DNA from: Aplysia californica | Lineage: Eukaryota | DNA: 64,000 nt | Direction of reading: 5' to 3' | Assembly: GCF_000002075.1 (NCBI RefSeq) | Contig: NW_004797455.1 | Coordinates: 1,144,177-1,208,176 of the forward strand | Shown here: piece after piece, positions 1 through 12,400 of the stretch | Numbering within the stretch: the stretch's first letter is position 1 | Layout of the letters: the number at the start of each line of letters is the position of its first letter | Position numbers and translations under genes: made by a program | Notes under the pieces: model-generated | What the model saw: only the letters and a program-made list of their open reading frames with translations | What the model was told of the DNA's origin: nothing | Databases searched by the model: none

Positions 1-3
1 GTA

Positions 4-5
<2 letters not shown>

Positions 6-35
<30 letters not shown>

Positions 36-60
36 GCAACAACAACGACAACAACAACAA
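6..60 (+). repeat. (CAA)n microsatellite
   Basis: Direct observation. Confidence 0.95.
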
Positions 61-1649
61 AGCAGAGAGAGACTATGCATGGGCATCATTGTGAGCTGCT
101 CTCTTACACCTGAGGATCTCACCTTGAAGTTCTCACTTTCAAATGTTTACAGGCTTACGTTGTGAACTTGAAGAGAAGTTTTAACGTTCTTGACCAATTT
201 GCACTCCTCTTTTTGTACATGATTACAACTATCATCCCGCCTCCCAGCCAGCCCCAGTAGTGCAGGTGATTACAATAAACTTCATAATGCACATGGTTTG
301 AGTTCAAATCCGAGTAGTGTCAGAATTTTTTTTTCTATCTTTCCCATACCATGTATTGTTTTTTTTAAACCTCGTCCATTACACCAAAGACCGATACAAG
401 GACTTTGAGTACGCTGCCCGCAAATTTACAATGCATGTTCTCCGCCACTGGAACCCTCCAGTTTGTGTCTTGAGGTAGGAGGATTGAGGGGATAAGGCCC
501 TAAAGTCCCGATTCGGCTCAAAATTATGGAATTTGAGTTCAATTGTAGGTATATTTTTAGCTTCCTCAGCCTCTCCTACAACTATTTCATCGCATTAGAA
601 CACCCCCTCCCCCTGATTTCTTCCCATACCGGTCATGTTTGTCACCACCATTTCCTAATAAAGTCAATATATTTTATTTTTCTTTATCTGCCGTTTTCTC
701 AAAACGCGACTTTTCTCTATACTTTTTTAAATAACTCCACCATTTTTCATCCAATCTTCATGAAATTTTCACAGAATGAAGAGAAGACGTAATATAAAAA
801 AAGTTGTCTGTTTAATTTTTGATAGAGTCTATATTGAATAGATTTTTGTTGGTGGTGTCTGAAGTGGATTTTCACGGATTTTTTTTGCAAATTCGAATAC
901 TACCTCAGGAAAAATTCATGAAAAATTTTCTAATTCGCTGAGGGAAAAAACCACAACAGACAGATTTTTAGATATACATGTAATGTTTTTTAACATGTAT
1001 GCAAAAAAACAACAAACCCATACAAATAATTTCCAGGAGCAATAAGGTCGGTATTCATTACGTAAGACATGTCAACAAAATCCAATATGTCCGCCGTATC
1101 CATGGAAACGAAACTTTTTCCTCAAATTTGATGGTGGATTTTAAGACTCCTTACTATGCTTGTTATATGTGTGAAATATGGTAATCCCCCCCCCCCCCCC
1201 CCCTTTTAATGAACTTCCTCTCTAATTTAATACGTAGCGAAAAGAAATCTAGGCAAAAAAACAACAACAAAAAACATAGTAGAGATACTGCTCTTTTTGG
1301 CATGTGGGTTTGTCTGGACCGTTCCTTTGTCATGTTTAATTTCGTCTCCTACAGTCCAGATATCCAGTTCACTTCCAGTTGGTTCGTTCGAATGTTTCCA
1401 CAAGTTTTCCACACCTCAGAGCTTTATTTCCTTGAACAGTGGTCAGATTAAAAAAAACATTATTTTAAATTACTACGCAGCCCATTTATTAATTTGCCAG
1501 TGCGCACTTAACTTTGCATGGCACGCCTGTCCAAAGGCCAGCGACTAAACAAAAATATCATTATCTTTTTAAAATTTTGATTCAGTATACACGGGTGATC
1601 ACATGCTCAGATGCAAGGACAAAAGGATAGAAATAGAAATAGGACTAAG

Positions 1650-1796
1650 AAAGTGGCGATAGATGGGACACACCTTAAATTAAGAAAGCCCAGCGGAAAC
1701 ATCACAAGACAGTCACTGCAGTGGAACCCTCCAGGAGCACGAGGCAGGGGTAGGCCACGGGAAACATGGAGGAGGTGCGTGGAAGAGAGGCATTGA
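1650..1796 (+). mobile_element. RTE-type LINE 3' fragment
   Basis: Translates to LRKPSGNITRQSLQWNPPGARGRGRPRETWRR, typical of the C-terminus of RTE-clade ORF2. Confidence 0.75.
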
Positions 1797-2461
1797 TGAT
1801 GATGATACACACGGTGATGGAGGTCGCCGCTGGTAGAATCTAGGTCCACTTATTTACTTTCCTTCTGTTGTCTCTGTCTTACTTTTTTCTAGCACTAAAA
1901 GTAAAAGCCCATTATTGTGTCGAGTGTTTCTTTTTACTCCAACAAACTCCAACAAACAAATCATGTAATGTAGGGCGCGGGTTAAAGGAAACATTAAAAT
2001 TTATTATAAAATGGGGGAGGAGAAAGGGGTAACAGTACCATAAACGAGAACAACAGAAGAAGCAGCAGCAGCTGCAGAGGCTGTCACAGCATTTTAAAGA
2101 AAAGAAGACAGCCTGTGGTAGGGGTAGTCGTTGATACTAATAACATTGATACTATACAGTTTCTATAAATGAACGCACATTTGGCAACGCTGACGCAGGC
2201 TTCTGCACTATTCATGTTAACTTTGGTTCGCTGGGTTTTTTTGTTTTGTTTGTTTGTTTTGTTTTAAGCTGTTGTTGTCTCCCCCCTCCCCTTTTTGGTT
2301 GTTTGTTTTTTACAGGAGCAGTTAGAGGTTCCATTCGTTGAGATGTTTAAAAAACAAAAATATACACATGTATTACACTCAAAGGACCCTACAACAACTG
2401 TTTAACATCCTTGATATTAATATTATTGTTTTAAACAATAATTCCTTCTTCTTCATTTCTT

Positions 2462-2491
2462 AACAACAACAGCAGCAGCAGCAGCAGCAGC

Positions 2492-2541
<50 letters not shown>
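2462..2541 (+). repeat. (CAG)n(CAA)n microsatellite
   Basis: Direct observation. Non-coding, upstream of gene 1. Confidence 0.95.
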
Positions 2542-2704
2542 AATCACGTTGTTTTAAAAAAAATGAATTATTTTATTCATTTTAATGCTGCCGTTTCTGT
2601 CGATGCTACTGTCACCAGGGTTACTGTGACATCCCTACAGCGAAAATAGCAGTTTGTTTTGCTTGTTTATAATAAATGGGGCCGGAGGTGTTTTCGCATT
2701 CGGC

Positions 2705-2718
2705 GTATCACGTGATAC
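2705..2718. promoter_or_regulatory. 14-bp palindrome GTATCACGTGATAC (extended E-box) just upstream of gene 1 ATG
   Basis: Perfect palindrome 10 nt before the ATG in CAAAATGGAC (YY1/Kozak-like start). Confidence 0.55.
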
Positions 2719-2728
2719 ATATTTCAAA

Positions 2729-5700
2729 ATGGACGCCCACTCTACTTTCGATATCATCTTCCTATTTGGTCCTTCATTACCGGTGGGTACCGTTATCTAA
2801 CGTTTTGTGATGAGAGCGGGCAGTATTGCTTTACTTTTGTAACATTAATTGTCATTTCGACTACCGTCATTTCTTTCTTTTGGGTTGTCAGTAGTCAAGC
2901 GGAGGTTGCTCTTACTTTACTGGGTTGCTGTAAGACTTGAGACTTGAGACGAATATAATGTAGCGTAGCGTAGCTTGTTGATGAATGTAACCGAATGTTA
3001 ATTAAGTATACCAATTCGCTTAGTTAACTTACTGGAAAGCTAAAAGGAGAAAGAAAAAATAGAAGGAAGGTAAAGGTATTTGGATATTATACTAAATTCT
3101 ATTAAATGGGCTCACAGTTTGAACCCCCCCCCAAAAAAAAAAAAAACTTCATGTAGATATCTAGCCTACATCTGACGATGTACTTGTTGTGTGTGTGTAT
3201 TCTGTAGCTATTTGTTAGTGTTACGACAGGATTACAGGGATTACATGTCATGCTGTGTGCAATGGCTACCCCCTCCCCCCTGAGTGTTCAATGTCTACCC
3301 CGCCCCCCCCCTCCGAACCCACAGAGAGCACAGATAAAAAGAAGCCTCAGTTTATTGAATTAAATGACTCAAATGACTGTCTGTGCTCTTTTTAACATTG
3401 TGTTCCCCTACTTTTCATATAGTTTGCAATAACAACACCAGGCTATCATTAAAAACATCATTAGGCCTATTAATAGCCTAGCGAATGACTTTAAAAGCAA
3501 TTATTTTAAAATAGATTGACTTGCTTTTACTTTTACTTTTAGGCGTTCTTGCTTCATCGCTTAAGGCTCAAGATTTTTATTGAATTAACACTTTTACATT
3601 TGATTGTATTTTCTTAGAATTATTTTTCTTTTAAATTCTGTTTTTGAATTGATTTGTTTCAGATGAAGGAGAGTTACCTTCCGAAATCTATCCTTTCTGC
3701 AGATTTTGTATCACTGTGTATTGAAGAAATGTTCCATCAAAATCCACAATTTGGGCTGAGAGATGCTGCTCTGAAAATTGTTCAAGAGTTGAAAAAGGTG
3801 AGGAAAGCTTGACAATTTTTAAAAAAGGGAATACTGTGAAAGTATCTTGAGGAAGTTATAGTTAGAGAAGTCCACATGGGCCGTTCACTAATAAGAACAA
3901 TGGGGAAGCGAAACATTTTATTATGCGGTTTCGAGGACACTTGATTGATGTAAAGGTTTGGCATCTGTTATCTCTGTAATTATAGAAGAAAGAAAACAAT
4001 AAGGCATGGGTAGACCCAGAGAGACTTTTTGGAAAAATCTGAACTGATGGGTGACGAGGAAACACCAGTATGATTTATGTTTTTTTTAGAGCATCTGAGC
4101 GGAAAAGTGAATGGAGAACCATTTCTGCAAATTTTTTGTTTCAGATCTGGTACCATATATTATGATGATAGTATGAAGGGGCTCATCAGACCGAATGTGA
4201 TTGGAGTTTGATCCACTGTTTGTCCTGGGTATGGTTGAAGGATGTTTCAGCTTGTTTTCGCCCAGGGGTTGTGGTACTGAGATAAGTCTTTTCAAATAAG
4301 ATCAAAGTACTTGACTGAGTTCCTGTGTACTACTCTTTGCATTTGAGAGTCCCAAAAGAACAATAACCCTGTTGTGAAAAGCTGCCAGGGAAAGACGTTA
4401 TAAATATATATTACTCCCCTCGGAAAAATAATCTGGGCAGTACAAATAATTTAGTTTACTATTGAATTTGGCTTGCAGGTTTTTTGTAGGTTAAGGGATG
4501 CTAATTTCTAGTTGTAAAATTAGATAACGTGAAGCAGTGCTAGCTCAAACAAGTGTGACTCAATAACTTTGAATACACAAATTTAACTGAACAGATTTTT
4601 GTCTCAATTTCTGTTCCATATTATGATATTCTTTGTACTTATTATGCATGAAACTTGAATCAAAATGGGAGTGACTCACAAAAGTTTTCTAGTTTACTTA
4701 GTGGTTCAACAAAGTGAACAAGATGCCAGTAAAAAATGGTCCTGAAGGGTTTAAGTTACAAATGTATCTACATAAGAAGGATACTTGTGGAAGTTTGTTG
4801 TGGTGTTGGCTGAAAGAATCTCTTTTGGGCTGCCCCTATGTTCATTTAAGGAAGCACAAAAGAAGANNNNNNNNNNNNNNNNNNNNNNNNNNNNNNNNNN
4901 NNNNNNNNNNNNNNNNNNNNNNNNNNNNNNNNNNNNNNNNNNNNNNNNNNNNNNNNNNNNNNNNNNNNNNNNNNNNNNNNNNNNNNNNNNNNNNNNNNNN
5001 NNNNNNNNNNNNNNNNNNNNNNNNNNNNTTTTAAAACATCTGAGAATGAATCTCTACATCATTGACACTGACCAGAAAAATGAAACTTCAGTTCAGATTT
5101 TTTATTCATTTCCTTTCTGTCTTTTCAAAGTATGGTACTCACAGATGACTTTTCATTTCCAGTTCCGAAAATGCTCAGGCCAAACCAGAACTGAAAACTG
5201 AATTGAAACCTGACTTTACACAACGTTCTATTTGTTGTTCAACCGTTCTTTTAACAGGTCATGTTATTCACCAAACATGTATCGCTTTGATTGTCCAGAT
5301 GAAGATGCTGCCTGGGATTTATAGGCGCATATGTATAAGAGATGAGTACACAAAAAAGATGAATTGTAAACCTTGGATATAAAAGGTGGCATTTCAGAAG
5401 TGGAAAGTTTTTATTTTGTTTTTTCCTCAGAATCGTCAAGTAATTGTTGATGGCAAACTTTTACTCAAAGCAACGAGAAAGAGCCTGGTTCAAACTATTA
5501 AGAAAAAGGTAAGAAAAAATTGGTAATGTCTTTTTTTTTCATTTATTATTGATGTTATGATATTGGTATGTTTTTGTTAGACCTAGCTTTGGAGTTGTTC
5601 CTTCTTTTTGACCCATTCAAAAGAGTATTTGTAAGCCCTGGTGTGTATAGGTCAGAGATTCTTTAACTTTCCAGATTTCTTCTCTTAACTCATGATCGAG

Positions 5701-7187
5701 TGCGTGCAGTTCAATAGACCTACAGAAGCGATAGTTGGCTACTCCTGAGCTCTTGTGGGAAAAGGCAGACAAATGGAAATAATAACAGTAATAATAAATA
5801 TTTGTTTTCATATTATATGGATATTGTGGTCTGAATGTGAATCGAAAGACTAAGCTACAGAGAAGATAGAGCGTTTTATTATCCTATGTGAAGGGGTAAC
5901 AATAAAGACAGGCACACATGGCTCAAATAATATGAGTAAGTGTATAATGTGTAGTTCACAAGTGAACAACTTTACTCTCTTTATTGAAAAGAATGAAGAT
6001 ATTACAATTGCATCACAGTTTTCTGTGTACCTTCATGTGGTATGGTTGCATTTTTAAAGCGTTATTACTTGCCTTTTATGCACCTTTATGATTAAAATAG
6101 GGATGCTCGAGCCATTATGACTGTCTTTTGAGTTTTTGTATTTTTGTATTTCTGTTGTTTATTTTACATCTTCAAGCAACATATTTTGGATATCTATATA
6201 TGTGTGTATGTATATATAAACACTAAATATATTATCCAGGTACCCTCCTGCAGCATCTTACTTGTGAAATTATTGCCCGTTGGAGGTTTCTCCCAAGTCA
6301 TGTGGTCTTGGCATTCCTCTTGGACCATGGAGAAAGTCTCTTTTGTAGAAGATGAAACTACTGTGAAGAAGTGGTTTGATTCATCCCTGCAAAAGATTGA
6401 TTTCCAGTCAGAATATGGTATGAACGGGTGTGAACAGATGTATCCTTTATTAGTCTTTATGATCTTTCATTTTTTTGTTGGGGGGGGGGGGGTGTTGATG
6501 AATGGTTCACTAAGAACATTTTGTAGTTTTAACTGTAATTGTTATGGAACACATTATATTTTTACTTCTTTAAAACAAAACAACTGTTGCTTTTTGGTTG
6601 CTTGGATTTCTTAGTAGACAGTAGAGTTAAATGTTACAACTTTAATGACGCTATAGTTTAGAAACAGAAGTATGAAATTTGGAGAAAACCCCCCCACATT
6701 TCTTTAACTGTAGCGCTTACAAATGTATAGCACTAGGCTGACAAAACAGAAATGGAGAAAATGGTAATTATGAAATGAAAAGCAATTTTGATATATATGT
6801 GTAAAGCTGTTTAATTATACCCTATTGTGTTTTGAGTAGAGTGTGTGCAGATAACACAACTTCTGATAATCTCACAAGGAAACTTCAACACCAGCATGTA
6901 TTTTGGCAATGCCTCTTTGGGAATGATACTCTTTTAAAAAAACAACTGACTTTGTTTCACAAGAATATATGTGAAATAGCACTGGCTTAATTTTTTCTTA
7001 CATTGTACTCATTTCTTGATGGAAATCTGTACTGTTATTAACCCTAATAAATAATCCTCAAATCCTATGCTCTGAAATGTTTTAAAGCTTTTCTCCTATG
7101 GTATGAACAGTTGAAGACCCAAAACCAGATGAAGGCTTCCAAGTGCAAGAAATAAATGTCCCTTTATGTGCACAGAGCCACTTCAAG
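2729..7187 (+). CDS. Exons 1-5 of gene 1: AAA_33/PNKP-kinase-like domain with degenerate Walker A
   Basis: IIFLFGPSLPMKES at the Walker A position, RQVIVDG as Walker B-like, and EDPKPDEGF (compare PNKP EAPTLAEGF, recalled from memory). Confidence 0.7.
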
Positions 7188-9378
7188 GTATCAAAGCTAA
7201 AACTTGATTTAACCTGTTTATGTGATAGTAGCATGTAAGTCCTCTAAAATCTATAGCTTTTATTTTTCTCATGTTAAAGTTTTAAGCTTTAAAAAATTGC
7301 CCATACCATTCAACTTTCAAGTCTGTTTTTCATCTGTCGTCAACTTTTTTCTTCTTCCTGAAGTTATGGGATCTATACTGGCATTTTTGCTTTTTGCCAG
7401 TGAAATGGTAAATTGTTAATGTAGGATAAAGAATCCTTTTCTTTATCTTTTAAAATTTTAAAATTTATTTTTATTTTAAACCACACATTATCATTACCAT
7501 AAATAAAATATGTGCATCTTCTAGCTGTTTAGGCCCAGAAATATGGTGCAGACGTAAAGACCAAGAATTAATTCTGGTATTGACAGCTTAATTTAATTGG
7601 TTTTGCTAAAATCTTCTGTTTCTTCCTCCATTAGTATGAAATGCCAGGTCTCCTCATTCAGTGGGAGGCTTTGCTGACTGAGCAGGGGGACCTTCACCCA
7701 CAGCTTCCCTCATTGTGTGCAGAGTGGGTGAAGAGGAACTCCTGTGGACATATTGTGGTTTTACGTGCTGCAAAGGATGTTGCAAAAGGTAGGCCTATAT
7801 TGTTTTCTGAAAGAAAGCATTTTTTTCCCGGCTATTGTTGGTATGTAACTCATCCCAGTTTATTTTTAAAAATTGTTTTCCATTCTTTTCCCTTTCACTA
7901 GATCTCAGGGGTAGTCAGTAACGGGTTCTTCATGCCCTCAATACTTCAGATTTTTATGCTGATAATCAGTTCTCTTAGTCTTACCAGAATGTAGTGTCCT
8001 CAACATTTCAGGTCACCTGTGCTATGTTTGAATTGATACTGACCACAGTCTCATCAGTTTGGGGAGAGAATTAGTGTAGAATTTTTCTACTGACAGGCCT
8101 GGTTTTCTTTTTTAGTGTTTAAGTGCTCTAAGCATGTTCAATTTTTGTTTTTCTGTTTCTTTTCTTGTCTGAGGAGATTGGAATTCAATCTTACCCACAC
8201 TATGGTTGTGCATTGTCTGTGGAGAAAAGTCAAAGTTATCAACTGGTCATGTTTATTTGAATCTGGGATTAAAACTGGTACTTCGTTTTGAGGGACCAGC
8301 GTTTTACATGTAGAATTTTATGACTCCTTGCTCTTTTGTTTGAGAGTAGATGCATCACTCACATGGGCAATGTTCTTTTGTTGTGTACTGTCTTCACGGT
8401 TTTATTTTATTCAGAGAAATTATACAGTAAAAAGGTGGTTGGCGGGTGCTCTGGCTCTGGTGTGGTTTGCTTCTTCTTTCCTATCAAACATCTATAGTCC
8501 TTATCTCCCCTCCTTCTTTTTTGTGTTTGTTACTCTCTTGTAACACTTCTAATCTTCGGCACTTATTTATATGACCTTATTGTATTGCAAGTGCCGTAAA
8601 ACACTTACTAAAATTATTTAAAAGATTTGTCGTATGGTTATTTCTGTTTTTAGGAAGAATGATGTCCCCTGATGCTTCCCAGTCCCTCCCTCACATTCTC
8701 AGACAACTCACACAGCAGGTAGGCCCCTACAAGATATTGTTGTTATAGGGAGTGGGAAAAGGCACGAGCTGGAAAATTTTATATTAGTTATTTTTTTATA
8801 CTTTGTAAAAGGGAAATATGTTTCTCTGGGTACAGATTCCTTTATGTGTTTGTATTGATGTACAAATATACTTTATGTCACATGGAAGAACATGGGAATA
8901 GAATATGTTTGCTGAGCTTCTGATGCTTTGGCTGAAAAAGGTCAATAAACTTTATACTTAAAGACACAAATAGTTTCTTTAAAAAGAAGTCATTTTTGTT
9001 CTGTAATTTTCTGCATTTCTGCAAGTGTGTAAAAATAGTGAACAAATAGGAATAAAAGGACACTGGTAATGGTAATGCATCTTCCTAAGGAGAGGCTCTA
9101 TTGCAAAAATGTTTTGCACTTTTCTGTCAAGGAATAACTTAAAAGAAGTTTGATTTCTAGACATGCAAGTTTTTACTGAATATATTATGGTTCTGTAGGT
9201 CAAAATATATTAATAATAATAGTTATAATAAATTGCATATAGCGCATTTCCACAAAGAAGTGCTCAATGCGCTGTACAATGATACAAAGAACATGAACAG
9301 CGCACAGCTCCTATAGTAATCCTCTTTCTTTCTCTCTCTCACTCTGTCTCTGTATCTGTCTGTCTGTTTTTCCTCACG

Positions 9379-9418
<40 letters not shown>

Positions 9419-12400
9419 ACAGTACATCCTTGAGTTAAGACAATCCCACAAAACTTACCCAGACACCTTCGTACACATTGATGACATCACACTATTGACA
9501 CAGTCATAAATTGTTACAGATCAGAACAGCATGAATAAACAATACTGAGAGAGTTTCTATATTTAATTTCTATTAAGATTTCGTTTCCAACTGAAATTAG
9601 TTCAGGATTAGATATAGTTCTTTTTTGATAAGTATGAAGTTTGACAGGTTTTTGACAGTTCATTAATATTGGCCTTGTGCAAGTTATAGACCTTGTCAGA
9701 TTTTATTTTAGTTTTTGTCATTTTGAAGTTAGGCATACTCTTTGCTCCTGGATGTCAATATTTTTTAAAGATTAGTAGACCATTTGTGGAAATGTGGGCT
9801 TGAATAGTGAATGAAGTATGAATAATGAATGGAAAAAATGTTACCTCTCGATATAAGACTTTTTGTCATATTAGAGGCACTCCAGCTACTGGGAAGTTGT
9901 GTGGTGGAGACTATTGTATTCATACCCCAGGCTCGCTCAAGGTGACAACAATGTGCAGTACAGAGTACAAGTGTCTGATATTGTACAATGTATTTGCATC
10001 TCCCAGACACTCCCATGTGCCTCTATCAGATATTCATAAATACTGGGTTTCTGTAAGAAACACTTTGTTCTTACATTACATGCTTGTACTCTAGTGAGAC
10101 ACTCATTTTGAGGAGACTGAAAAGTTTAAGTATCGGAATAAAGCACCCGTTCTTGGTGTCCACAGATTGGTCATCCTGTGTATGCTCTGCGCTTCTCGAG
10201 GAACAGACCAGGAAGCTACAGCCTTCCCCCTCAGCCTGGTGTTTTAGCTTTTCTACAGTCCCAGCACCTCCTGGATCTACATGGTGAAGTAAGCTCAGCT
10301 TGTTCTTTTATCTTGCGACCCTTTTAACTTTTAGAATACAGGTCATCAGTGATGTCTAGCTAAAAGCAAATCTATAAATGATTTTTTTGGTAACAGTAAA
10401 CTCTTTTGATATTAAAACGATCACTTTTGACTTATGAATTGGATCAGATTTTTGTTTTTGTAATCACTCACACTGCTTAGCACTAATAACAAAAATCTAG
10501 TGAATTTTTGGAAAAAGAATGAAGGTGGGATCTGTACTTGTCAAGCCAATGTTGGTCATGTAGTCGTCATAAATTTTGTTTAATTGTGACATCATGACAA
10601 CAGTTTTGAAAAAATAGAATAATGTTTGTAACAATGAACAGTAAATAATTAATCTTCAGAAAGCACAATTGTAAGTGGAAATCAAAATCTTTGAAAAGAT
10701 TTATAGAAGCTATTGTGGTTACCGTGCTTCTCAATGATCTAGTTAGGTTGGGAGTGGGCGTCTTGTGCAACTTTACTTGCATTCATACCATACTGCCTAT
10801 TATTGTCTTTGTGGTGATGGTAGAAAGACTTGTATTCATACTGCCTATTATTGTCTTTGTGGTGACGGTAGAAGGACTTGCATTCATACTGCCTATTATT
10901 GTCTTTGTGGTGACGGTAGAAGGACTTGCATTCATACTGCCTATTATTGTCTTTGTGGTGATGGTAGAAGGAAGTTAGTTGCTCTCCAAACAAAGTTATG
11001 AATTTGTGTTACGGTATGTCATAATCTTTCCGTTCTCACTAAACTATTCATAAATCTTTTCCTCCCTGCTTTTCAAGTATACAATCACCTTACTGTGTGA
11101 GTACCTACATTGTCAGTGTATTTCCTTGAGACCACTCAAAGATTTGGAACCATTTGACTCTGAGGCATGTTTTTTGTTTACAGAGTACTGTGTATGTCTT
11201 CAATGACCTCGACCACATGAAGATGGCACAAGTAGCAGGTGTAAAACACTTAAAGGTTGGGATTTTTCAAATCACTTTCACTATTGGCATCCTTATTATA
11301 GAAGTTTTAGTTTATGTTGAGAAGGTTGAGAGTACAAAAGGAATGGATAAGCTAGCTCAGTGTGGAGTTTTTGCTTTCATAATGTAGCCTTTAGAACTTT
11401 AGAATGCCTTCTGTTAAGTTGAAAAAATATCTGTAATGTAATGATGTAATGGAGGTCTTTTTTTTTAAAGGAAGAGTATTCATTTCTCATTGTAATACAT
11501 AATGAGGCTAATTTTTTAACCAACAGATTGGTAGTGAGAAGTTTGAGCTCTCCCGAATGTACTTTTGACATCACAGCTTCTGAATTGTATAATTGTCTTT
11601 CACTTTCAATTTCTCACTGAGTAACTTAAACTGTTTCTTATGAAAGAAGAAAATAATCTAGTTTACTTTTACATCTTTGAAATATTTTTTTTTCTCATCC
11701 AGATGTCGACAGCTGCAAGGTCTTCAAAATGGGTCTGTACAACTACACAATGTGCAGTTTATGAAAAGATTGCATATGTCGCTTTGTCATTTGAAGTAAA
11801 AGTGTTCCTGTCTATTTTCTCTTTTTTTGTGTGCATGTTTTTTGGTCCTGATTTCCGTCTGTTCTACGCTTAACTTTATCCATTGTCATTGCCATGTTCA
11901 TGGTGTCATCTTTGGTCCATAGGTTGATCAATGATATTCCATAGTTAGTTTCGATGTCTTCTCTGAGTACGGTATTTATTTCATAACCACACACTCTCTG
12001 ATATTGTCAGTCCACATACTAGTCTGTTTGACTCTCCTTAGTTCTCTCTTTGCCTCCTCCAAAGTTTTGAAGGAGATTATGTCCTTGTACAAGCACAGGA
12101 CATAGTTACAGCATATGTATTTTGTTTTTATTTGAATTTGTTTTTCCCAAGGGGTTTTCTTTTCATTTTTAATTGTTGGAAGACTTTTTTTGAAAGTCTT
12201 CAAATTTTAAACATGTGTTGGGAAAGAGATGGAGGTTTTCTGAACCTCCTGCCACGAGCACAATTTTAAAAAATTGCATTCCTTATATTTATAGCCTTTG
12301 ATCTCTGGTCTTCAGATTGTTGTGATCTGTGACATCTTGTGCATTGTGAAATGTTTCTTATCATGTGGAGTGCATAATATATGATACAGTTACCAGTCAA

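Noticed and set aside
2462-2541. PolyQ-coding tract
   Set aside because: It is not in an ORF or exon and lies upstream of the gene 1 start.
3985-4230. Exon-like segments with several in-frame TGA codons (possible selenoprotein or extra exons of gene 1)
   Set aside because: No phase-compatible open exon was found, TAG stops also occur, and exon 2 joins 5431 directly to give a sensible kinase-like sequence.
5258-5340. Possible exon after ttaacag
   Set aside because: Phase-0 reading hits TGA quickly, and it is not needed for the gene model.
10775-10972. CRISPR-like array
   Set aside because: There are no unique spacers and the context is eukaryotic. It is a plain tandem repeat.
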